Origin: Eledone cirrhosa
Taxonomy: Eukaryota
Direction: 5' to 3'
Length of the DNA: 64,000 nt
Assembly: GCA_964016885.1 (NCBI GenBank)
Contig: OZ024741.1
Coordinates: 304,482,001 to 304,546,000 of the forward strand
The number at the start of each line of letters is the position of its first letter. Position 1 is the stretch's first letter. The notes beneath the pieces are model-generated. The model saw only the letters and a list, made by a program, of their open reading frames with translations, made no database searches and was not told the DNA's origin. Below, in pieces: positions 27,101 through 39,147 of the stretch. The translations under genes and the position numbers were made by a program.

Positions 27101-29865
27101 CTGAAGGCAACTTGGCTGAAATAAAGGCAAGGAAAAAATTAGGAAAGATTTCCTATCAATCTTTCATGAATCAAAAAAATATATCTATGTTTTTTAAATT
27201 CATATTTAAAATGTTCACTTTTTACTAAGATTTGTTAAAGGATATCTCAGACCACACATTTTATTTTATTTAATTTGCAAGTGATGGAAAGAGCAATGAT
27301 TCACTGAAATCATACTGCCTTAGCAAGTTTCTTCTGAGTACATTGGTATAAAAATTCTTGAGAATTCATAGATTGTTAAGTGATTAGTTACTTTCTGAAG
27401 GAAATTGGTTCACAAGCTTTTTGAAGTAATTTATATAATGTGTTACTGTTAGGATTCTACAAAACTCTGAAGGCAATTCAGCTTAGCACATCATATACAT
27501 TACTGCCTTCCCACTTTGGCCAAGGACCCAGCTAGTACCTTAATGCTGTAATGGGGCAGTGATGACACCACGATAAATGCTCTCAGTTCCCCCTGTAAAG
27601 TACTGGTGGCCCAATAAAATTCTTCCAGTCCACTCTGTAAAGTGGGAGAGCTGATGCCATGGTAAAAAGCACACAACACACTCTGTAAGATGGTAGTGCA
27701 GTGCCACAACAAAAATCACCTGGCCCACTCTGTATAATGGTAATCCTGGCACCACAACAAAAAGCAGATAGCTCACTCTGTAAAGTGGTAGTGCTGGTGC
27801 TACCAGAAAAAGGACCCAATCCACTCAGTAAAGTGATAGTTCTGGTGCCACAATAAAAAGCACCCAGTCCACCCTGTAAAGTGGTAGTGCCAGCAAAATG
27901 ATAAAATGCTCCCAGTACATGCTGTAAAGTGGCTGGCATTAGGAAGGGTAAAAAATGGAATGCATGAACTAGACATACATGGTCATCTGACAGGTCCAAT
28001 CTCAAAACATGACAACCCATCTAACCCATACAAGAATGGAAAATAGATGTCAAACCATGGTGATGATAGCAATTCCTATTGCTGACAGAATAAATTACTT
28101 CAGAAAATTATATTCACAATTATCGCAGACACCACCATGGAAAGAATTGGGAAAGATTATTTGTAAAACGTCTAAGTGTGATTCAATGACACTTTAGTTA
28201 AGAAGAGTCACAGATCTGTCAAGTAAGTTTACAAATTGTAAAAGAATGTGTTGTAGTTGGCAGTAGACAGGACACAATACAACAGTAAAAAAAAATACCT
28301 TTAAAATGTTGAGGAATGAGAGCTTGCCTCTCAGTTGAACAATTTTTTTCTTACAGACACATATGTGTATGCACATACACACTCATACAAAAAGGGAAAG
28401 ATCCTAGATATGTGAATACTGGTCATTAGCAATGAATTCCCCACAGTTGAAAAAATAATTGTTTCTACTTTTAGTACAAAGCCAGCAATTTGAAGGAAAG
28501 GGTAAAGTCAATTAAATCAACTGGTATTTTATTTTATTGACCATGTAAGGATGAACAGCAAAGCCACCCTCAGTGAGATTTGAACTCAGAACATAAAGGA
28601 TTGTAACTATATATCGCAAAACGTTGTCTGAAGCTCTACAGATACTGCCAATAACCATTCTTACATCCAATTTTCCACATTGGCATGGATTAGATGAGGT
28701 GGCTTGAGATAATGTTTTACAATCGGATGGATGCTCTTCTTGATGCGAGCCGTTTTAGTTGCCTCTTATGACACGCAAGGATACAGTGTACCAAGTCTAA
28801 AAACCAGGATACGCACTGCATAAATAAATAAACATATATAATAACTCATCAGTAACAAAATACATTTTTTAAATTGCATTTTAGGAAAGAACACATACAC
28901 AACAAACAACATGACATCTTCCAAATATGTAAAATGTCTGCACATTTTGATTATTAAATAGAGGTAATAAACAATCATGAAACGAACCTTGTCACCTTTA
29001 CTGGAATCAAAATCAATAGATTCAAACCAATCTTCAAGTATCTCTAGACAGGCAACAACAATTGCTTTTGTACAATGGGCAGTTTCCTACAACAATATAT
29101 ATAGAAATAAGTATAATTTATAGGAAGCATTGTAAGATATGTAATTAAAAATGTATTGAGAAAGCTAGTACAGGGCAAATAAGAAATATAATTGTTTCTA
29201 CTTTTGGCACAAGGCCAGCAATTACCCAGTGCATTACTGGTACTTTATTTTATCGACCCCGTAAGGATGAAAGGCAAAGTCAACCTCGGCAAATAAGAAA
29301 TATAATGGTGGGAGTAGAGTAAAATAAGAATGACAAAACAAAACAATAGTTTTTACCCTATATGTCATAATATTTCAAGGTTAGAACCTCTTTTTCAAAT
29401 GAAGAACAATCATAATATTGTGTTGTGGAAAAGTGACATGTGCAGACTAGCCATAATAGCCTGTTGGCTCCATGTAGCTCAGATCTGTTAATAGTAGGTT
29501 CACTCCTGTTCATTAGAAGGGCCTCTTTGATTCGCAAATTGCCAACGTGCCTCTCAGTGGCTTCTATAGTGACCACACAAACCCAGGTACAGCATTTCTG
29601 TAGTTATTTGGTCATTAGCTAATTTCTGCACACAATGGTTTCACTTGGACCACCGCCGGCAGATCGGAATCATAGAAACTGGTGCATTGGTCCAGGTAAC
29701 TCAAATTTACTACCAACATGAAATCATCTTCCTCACTGATTAACTTTTAAGTGTACACTCTAATCGGTTGGGTTTGAATTGTAATAATTCAGACTTAATA
29801 AAATTACTAAGTGAGTGAGGAAATGACTGAAGCTGTGTCCATTCTATTCGATAAGCTTCATTCCA

Positions 29866-29935
<70 letters not shown>

Positions 29936-32900
29936 GATCAGATGAAACATATACAAATTATTATTAAAACCTAAAATATATTGAAATGCAACAACATAAT
30001 GAATAATCTTGTTGAATCATAGTTCAATATTTAAATTTTGTGTAGATATACTAATGTCTTTCACTGAATTGGTTCAAATTTCACTTAAATTTACTAATGT
30101 TTTCATTGTGTCTGTTTAAATTTCATTTAAATTTTCTAGTTTTCACTGAGTCTGTTTAAATTTGAGGTAGAAAGATAAATGTTTGCAAATGTTTCTAGTG
30201 AAGTTAAGACAAACTAAAATACTTACACTGTCCTTACAATGGGAGATCAAATATGACATTGGCGATGCAGATATCTCAAGTTCAGCAGAAAAAGCAGCAT
30301 AGTATGTATCTGGCTCAAACTCAACATGCTGGGTAAGTTCTCGTTCATTTAAATTACAACCTGAAAGAATTTGGAAAACAAAATAAAACATTGGAATAAT
30401 GATCATCATATTTATCAGTTAAAGATGTAACCGGATTGACCAGTAAAAAATGTAACCTAGAATTCTACTGTTAATCATTTAATAAATGTACTTTTATTAC
30501 ATTATTATAAATCCCCTTGCATTCTCTCCTGCTAGCAGGCATTAGAAGTGATCCACTAAAATACCCAAGTACTTGCTTAAGAGCTTCCCAAACATTTCAC
30601 CATGTTTTGCAAAGCTCTGAAGAAGCATATTTTTACAATGATAGTTGATGGGCTCTTCAACTACCATAAGAAAATATTTTTTAGCAAAACCCATTCCCTA
30701 TCATTGGAAAATTCTTTTAATAAAAAATCAATCCTCCACTATAAAAAAAAAAGGGTCCTTCAAGATGCACCAAAACATAACAAGTCTTAGGAAGTTCCTA
30801 AGCAAATGCATAAATATTTCAGGTTGCACAGTTAAAAGAGAAACTGTCAAGTGCTTCCTCCAATACTCTAGCATTCTATTAACCCACTGTTTACAAATGG
30901 TACTTTATTTATCAATATCAAAAGGAGGTTAAGGCAATGTTGACCTAGGCAAAATTTGAACTTAAAGCACAGAATAAATACCACCAGGCATTTTATCTGA
31001 TGTCCTAATGACTCTACACTCAAAATGTATAGCCTGCTGTAACTTATTGCTGCCAAATACATTAGAGAATATTTTTTATAAAAAAAAAAAAAAAAAAAAA
31101 AAAAGAATCTCACACATCCCATCCACTTTATTGTTGTGTAGACACGGAAAATATCATGGTAGCTTTAGCCTTAATTTTACCAGCTTTAGCCTAATTTTTA
31201 CCAGCTCTAGTCATAATTTTACCACCTCTAGTCATAATTTTACTAGTCGTTTAGCAGATTAAGAATAAACTACTTCCACTCACTCGCAATCAAACAAGAT
31301 TTCTACACAACAATTTGTCTATTTGTAAAAAATATATAGAATCACATAATAAAAGAAAACTCCTTACCTTGGAAGTAAACGAGAAGGCCAAGCCATGTAT
31401 TAACCAAGTCAACATTCTCCATAAACTGCAAGGCAATGGTGTGATGTGATAGCAAGTTGATCAGGTCACTAACAATAGGCCAATAACAATGATCTTTCAT
31501 GGCTTTAGAATCACAGTCAACAACATTATGGAAGTTCTTCAAATTATCTAAAATATCAAATAAAGCATTTCAGCATATAGATAAAAAAAACTATAAAAAC
31601 AATGACATTCATAAAGTAATTACATATAGACACACATATAAATATCACCATCATTGTCATTTTAACGTCCGCTTTCCCTTTAATAAGGGTTGGACGGGTC
31701 TACATAGTCCAAGTCAGTACTGAAGCAGAGCCACTGTGTTTCGCTTTATGTATGGTCAACGCTCTACCGAATGCACAGGAAAGGTTGTAATTTCTTTGAC
31801 AACTGAGGGTTCTCCCAACCCTTTGTTTGGCAAGATTTCTATGGCTGGATGCCCTTCCTATCAACCACTTTACAATGTGTACTGGGTGCGTTTATCGTGT
31901 AGATCACCAACACTCTGTCCTTGACACAGCTGAAGGGTCCTCCTGACCCTTTGTCTTTACAGCATGTACTGGGTGCATTTATCATACACACCATGTATAT
32001 AAAATTATACAGAATATGCATACATATAAACACATGCCCTAAGAGGTGACTAAAAAGAGTTGGTGTCAGGAAGGGCATCCAGCTGTAAAATATTGTCTCA
32101 AATCATCCTGTCCAGCCTATGCCAACATGGAAAAGTGAATGTAAAAATCATCGTTGATTTAATGTCCACTTTCCCTGTATTTATATACAATACCCACGAC
32201 ATATAAATACACACATATCAATATCATTATTAGCATTTTGTTGAAAGATGGGTGAGAGAAGCAAGAATGGCCCGAGTGAATGGGCCTACTCTGAGTATAT
32301 ATCTGTAAATTAAAGGTGGAAAACTGGGAGAGGGCACTTGCCTTGGTGGTCAGGGTCATTGTGGCCTTTTACTGGGCTTTCTCCACAAATGTCCCTCCGA
32401 AGTCTCCCCCCTATTGGGGAATTTTTCATTGTTATTTTTTGTTACATCCTCTGTTTTTGTTTTTTACAGGCAGAAATGCCCATTTGCACCGTCCTGTATT
32501 TTCCTGCACTGTCCTTAATGTCTACTTTATGTAAACCCTTGTGGTTAATAAAGAAATCATTATTATCATTTAACCTTTATTTTCCATGTTAGCATGGGTT
32601 AAACAGCTGGTCACACAATGAGGCGAAAGTGGTCAGGTGACCATGTCTTGCTCATATGCTCAGTTTTTGACTTGGTTTTTATAGCTGGATACCCTTTCTA
32701 ATGCCAAACCCTTTTACAGCATGTACTGAGAACATTTATCTAGACTCTGGTACTACCTCCTTACAGAGAGGACAGGATGGTGGGTTTTTTGTGATAAAGT
32801 ACCCAGTGCCATGATAGAGTACCCAGTTTGCCTTACAGTGCAAACTGGGTACTTTATCATGGCACTAGCACTACTCACAAAAATATGGAGGTGTATGTGT

Positions 32901-35900
32901 ATATTTTTTGCTGTTTTCATCATCATCATCACCGTTTTACGTCCGTTCTTCCACGCTAGCATGGGTTAGACGGGTTGTCCTGCTGTGGGCAGTGTCTGGT
33001 CGGCTGACCATGCCTTGCTTATACAGGAACTGATTTGGCTTGATTTCTACAGCTGGATGCCCTTCCTAACACCAACCTCATTTACAGTGAGTGCTGGGTG
33101 CTTTTTCATAGCGCTTACACGTCCACTTTACAGTGTGGGCTGGGTGCTTTTTTGCCGTGGCACCTCCACGACCACCTTGCAGTGGTGGGTGTGGGGGCAT
33201 ATTGTCTATATGCTTCAGCTTGTACCCATGGGAGGTCGGGTACTCTGTATTACTGCGTGACGCCAGAGGTCACGGTCGTGTGACATCGCCTTTGAGAGGT
33301 GTAATTGGGTAAGGTCGGCTTTTATCACCTCATCCCAGGTCATCTTGGGTTTCCCCACTCCACGGTTTCCATCGACTTCTAGTGCTCTGCACCTTTTTAT
33401 GCAGCTGTCATCCTTCATACGCATCACATGTCCATACCAACGCAACCACCTCTCCTACACACAGCATTTGATTCCTCTTATGCTCAGTCTCTCTCTCAAT
33501 TCATTTATGCTTTGTCGTTCGCGTATATTACTATTACACATCCATCGGAGCATGCAGGCTTCGTTTCTCTCTAATCTATGTAAGTCTTCCACCTTCAGCG
33601 CCCAGGTCTCACTACCATGCAACATCGCTGTTCGAATACACGCATCATACAGTCTGCCTTTCATTTTGAGGGAGAAACCTTTTGCAGCTAGCAGTGGTAG
33701 TAGTTCCCTAAACTTCTTCCATCCCGTTCTTACCCTAGTTATTGTACTTTCTGAACACCCACCTCCGCTGCTAATTCAGTCACCTAGGTAGCAGAAGCTG
33801 TCTACTGTTTCTACAGAGCCCTCCCAGAGATTGGTCGTACTTGTTTCCTGTGGCTGTTTGCTGCTTGCTGTCTCAGCACAGCTGCTGCATGTGAAGCCTA
33901 CATTCTTAATTAAGCTTCCTGAGATCCCGCTACATCTCTTATGTACCCATTGTTTGCATTTGGGGCAGAGAACGGAGTTCCTACCTACACCTTTCCTACA
34001 TACTGAGCAAGGCCATTTCCCTGAGGGGATCTGGGTTCTGTTTTCTCGTCTACTTACAAGGACCTTAGTCTTTGTCATGTTGACTTTGAGACCCTTTCTT
34101 TGTAGTCCCTGCTTCCAAATTTGGAATTTCTTCTCTAGTTCTACCATAGATTCAGCTATAAGTGCGAGGTCATCAGCATACAGGAGTTCCCATGGGCATC
34201 CTGTCTTAAACTCCTCCGTTATTGCCTGCAGGACTATGATGAACAGGAGGGGGCTAAGAACAGAGCCCTGGTGGACCCCAACCTGTACGCTAAATTCCCC
34301 GCTATACTCATTGCTAATCCTAACTTTGCTGACTGCTCCCCTATACATGGCTTGTACCGCTTTCACAAGCTATTCATCTACTCCTAGTTTTCTAAGAGCC
34401 CACCAGATTACAGCACGTGGAACTCTGTCAAAGGCTTTCTCAAGATCGACAAATGCCAGGTAGAGTGGCTTACTTTTAGCTAGGTACTTTTCCTGTAACT
34501 GCCTGACAAGGAAGAGGGCATCAGTGGTGCCTCTTCCTGGTACAAACCCAAATTGCATCTCGTTTAGTTTCACCCGCTCCCTAATCAACTGTGCTATAAC
34601 TCTTTGTTACTTTCATGACCTGGTCCATCAGCTTTATGCCTCTATAGTTTCCTCTATCTAGTGCATCACCTTTACCTTTGTAGCAGTTGACAATGATGCT
34701 ACTGCACCAATCTTTTGGTATGACACCTAGTATTACCTGGTTAACAATACATGTGGTTATAGTGTGACCTACAGACCCAGATGCCTTCAGCATCTCGGCA
34801 GCTATACCCGATGGACCGGTTGCCTTCCCAATCTTCATATCTTTGATTGCCTTACTTACTACGCTGCTGCTGACTTGTACTGCTGGCCCCTCTATAGGGT
34901 CTACTTGGGGTAGGGTCTCTTCTTCCCATGCATTCTCCTCATTTAGTAATCTATCATAATGACTCTTCCATGCATCTTTCTTCTCAGCACTTGTGAGGGC
35001 AAGCTCACCTTTATCATTCCAGATACACTTCTCTCCAATGACATCATAATTCTCTCTGACACACTGCCTCGCAATCTTGAACACCTCCTGTTTCTGGTCC
35101 TCACGTTGCAAAACATGCTTGAATTTTCTATCCTCTGCTTCCCTCCTAGTTAAGTATACTTGTCGCCTAGCTTCCCTCTTGGTCTCTATGTAATGTACCC
35201 TGCTCCCCCCGTTCTTCCATTCTTTCCATGCCTGTCTCTTGGCCTTAACTGCCTCATCTACCTTATTGTTCCACCACCAAGTCACTCTCCTCCTGCTTGA
35301 GGTCTTACTCCAGCCACAGACCTCATCTGTCGCCTCTAGTAAGTTATTTTTTAGGAACTCCCAGTTCTCTTCTACATTGAATGTCTCTATCTGTTCTTCT
35401 TTACTGTCGTAGGCGTTGAGTAAAATATCTTTAAATCTGTTACTGGTTGAGGGGTCTTTCAGCTTCCAGATCTTTCTTCTCCAGGTTGGCCTCTGTTTCC
35501 AGGTTCGTCTAGTTCTGACTGTGAGGTCGCTGACAACTAAGCTATGTTGGGATGTACATTCCTCACTGTTTTATATCAAAATAAGATATATACATAAGCT
35601 ACCTGAACAGTGAGAAACACTATTGACACACTTTTGTAATTTTCAACATGATAAATACAATGAACCAGTGGTTGCTTTGTTGGAAAGCTGTAACCAGCAA
35701 AAACTTTCATTCACAAATTGCAAGAGGCCAGTGGCTTCACTTGAATATAGACCAGTACGTAAAACACACCCAGCCTCTACTAGCAGGGAAAAAGGAGGTT
35801 AAAGGATGCTGATGATCATGATAACAAATAGAAAATAAATAAAATGAAAACTTACTCTGTAATGTACTCTGAGTGAAAACTGACTCTACCATGTGTCTTA

Positions 35901-38900
35901 AACTGAAGACCAGAATGTAGAGCAGGTTATAGTCTTTGCACATGTTCTTGGCTAACGTTTCATTGCTGAACAACTGAACACTGATATGGACTACACGATG
36001 AGCCACTGCATAATGATCCTTAGATTTGACCACCACCAATGAGACTCGACTGTAGTGCTGGACAAAAGCCTTTGTAAATGCTTGCTGCCAAAGACAATAT
36101 AAGAATGAGAATAAAAACAAGGAAACGTCAAGAACATCAACTAACAGTTAGAATACTATTACACATTTATAAGATAGTCTATCACCATCATTTGAAGAAA
36201 GCCCCTCGACACACTGACGCAACCTCCACGCCATGATAGAATGAACCCAGTACATTTTGTGAAGTGGTTGGCAATGAGACAGACAATATAGAGGAGAGAG
36301 GACTCTTCAGTTTGGCTGCACATGACAATTTCTCTAGTGTTAGTGTCACAATAAAATACACCCAGCACACACAGTTAAGTGGTTGACACTTGAGACGACT
36401 CTTCATTCTGGCCATGTATATTATAATATCTCTAGTGCTGGTGCCAAAATAAAATGCACCTAATACACTCTGTAAACACAGTTGATGATATAGAGTAGAG
36501 AAGCCTCTTCAGTCTGGCAACGTATATGACATCATGCTAGAAAAAGAGCCAAATCGCCTTCAAAACACAACCCTCTATATTAAAAGAGGAAAGGCACATT
36601 GGACAAGAATATAGCTTGGTGACAGATGGAATACTTTTGATCATATGTCTGCTAGATCACGACTAGCCTGGAGCTAAACAACATATGAAGAACAGACAAA
36701 CACAGTGAAAGTCCCAAGTTTAGGAAAACTCAAATGAATAACTATAATGTGTAATGCTGCCGGATAAAACTTTCAATGGTGCATGGAATTATTGATTTTT
36801 GAAGGATTTATTTTTGTAAGTATTTGTCAAATCACCACAACATTGTGATGATTATGATGATAGTGGTGGAGCTGCTGCTGGTGATGCCACCACATTTACC
36901 ACTAGTGGTTACAGGTTTCCAACTGAGCAATCACTGGCTCAGTATTTTTGATGTGGTGGTGTAGTTGATGCTGGTGATGGTGGTGGCGTTGTTATTGGTG
37001 GTGGTGATGATATATTTGATGGTGCTGTTGTTGGTGATGATGACATAGTTAATGCTATTGTTGTTGGTGGTGATGAGGATGAGAAATTTTAAAACACTTA
37101 CCTTGTAATTTTCCTCTGGCAGAAGACTTAGTAATAATGTAACAATTTTCTGTGGCAACTCCAACTTGACCATCCAAAAGACTAATTCATCCAAGATTGT
37201 GACATGTACTAGTTTTTGGTCTAAATGAACTTTATCTGTGTAGATAGAATATAACAATGTTATTGAACATTATGGAATAGAGAGACAGGAAATCTATTGA
37301 AAATAAATATTTGATTTGAAAGAATTCTCTTTCAAAATTGAACAATATCTTGTTCTCCTCACGCCAAGTATGATAGGACTGGGGGCCCTATCATTAACCT
37401 TTTTGTTACTATATTTCTTAGGAAAGACACTACCTATGAATTTCGAATGATATAGTAATATAACTTACTTTCTCATTATTAAGCTGTTGTTTGGAACATA
37501 AAGATTATTGTGTAAAATTATGATAAAAAGTTTTTAGATAAATACAAAGAGCTTGTGTATCTGGTTTATGATAAGGATTGGTATCAAGAAGGGCAGCCAA
37601 CTGTAAAACAATATCTCAAAATGTCCTGTACATGCTAGCATGGAAAAGTTGACATAAAAACAATGATGATGATGATGATGATATATCATTGAACCACAGG
37701 CAATTTCAGGCAGTTTGGTATCAAAAGAGTTAAAGCACCCAAGAAACCAACTGCTGCTGGTATTCATTTTCAGCTGAGTGGGCGAGAGCAATGTGAAATG
37801 AAGTGCCTTTGCTCAAAGACAATGCATCACCCAGTCTAGGAATCAAACAAACAACCTTATATGTTTCATGTGCTGAATATCTTAGACATTAGACCATGCA
37901 GCAACAGCTTAAATTTTCATTATCAGAGCATTACACCCAATAGGTAATTAAACTTATTGACAAAATGCAAGCTGTGACATATGTTTCTTAACCCTTTGCT
38001 GGTGCCATGACAAAAAGCACCAAATCCATTTTGTAAGGTAGTCGTACTGGTGCCACAACATATAGCATCCAGTCCACCCTGTAAGGTAGTTGGCATTAGA
38101 AAAGGCATCTAACCATAGAAAACCAAGCCAAAATGGAGTGTACAAGTAAAGTATGGTCACCTGACCAGCTATAGCCTCAGAATATGACAACCTGTTCAAC
38201 TCATGCAAGCATGGAAAATAGACATTAAACAATGATGATGATACCAGCCTGGCCAAAACTGACTCTGGCTTTATAAAACAAAACCACCCATTTTAAAGGA
38301 TTCCTATTTAAATTAAATTCTTCCAACATAATTTTGTATAAGAACAATATGTTAGGTTATCTTAATAATGAAATAATAATTTTAGTAAATCCCTCAAAAC
38401 TCTTCATTAATTGAAATAGAGTTTAATTAATTAGAAATAGGGTCATGAAAAGGTTAAGGACATCAAAAAATCTTTTCTGTAACTAAACTAGAAAATAACT
38501 TGCTCCAATAACAAGTTTTAAAAATATAAGCCTAATTTGAACTTATCTATGTTAAGCGTTTTAAAGCCATTTCCCTTCTAAAACAAGGGTTAGCCATACA
38601 GGCCCATGACAAGCCTCTCCATTTTGCTCTTCTGTCTGTATATATGCCTCACCAACTCCATAGCTTTCATTTCCACCTACATCATCTTTAGCCATGCCTT
38701 TCTTGGTCTTCCCTTTTCTCTACTTGCTGCCACAATCATTTTTATCACTCCTCTTAGTTACTTTCATCCTTCCTCAACATATGACCCAACAATCTATTTT
38801 CACAACATTCATCACTGACTATTCGCATCATCCTCAACAATTCATTGTTTGCCATCTCTCTGAGCAATACTGCACTCATCCACCAGACCATACTCATTTC

Positions 38901-39104
38901 TATTTGGACTCATCTTTGAATTCGACTAATCCAAAAACAAACATTTCTGCTGGACACTATAAGAGACCTTGTGACCCAGAACAAATAAATCTATTGAGAC
39001 TGGTGCTGGGTTCAGTTCTGTCTTATACTGTACACCCAGGTTAACCAATGCCTTGAGTGGAATTTGGTATATGAAGACTGTAGAAGCCTATCGTGTGTAT
39101 ATAC

Positions 39105-39147
<43 letters not shown>

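Noticed and set aside
33345-34463. Plus-strand ORFs of 148 and 210 aa (also 51363-52034, 56969-57607, 48357-48860)
   Set aside because: Antisense shadows of RTE coding sequence, with no independent protein motifs.
36935-37085. Thr/Asn-rich extension of exon 6
   Set aside because: Low-complexity (GGT/GAT/GTT) intron sequence after a strong AAG|GTAAGT donor.
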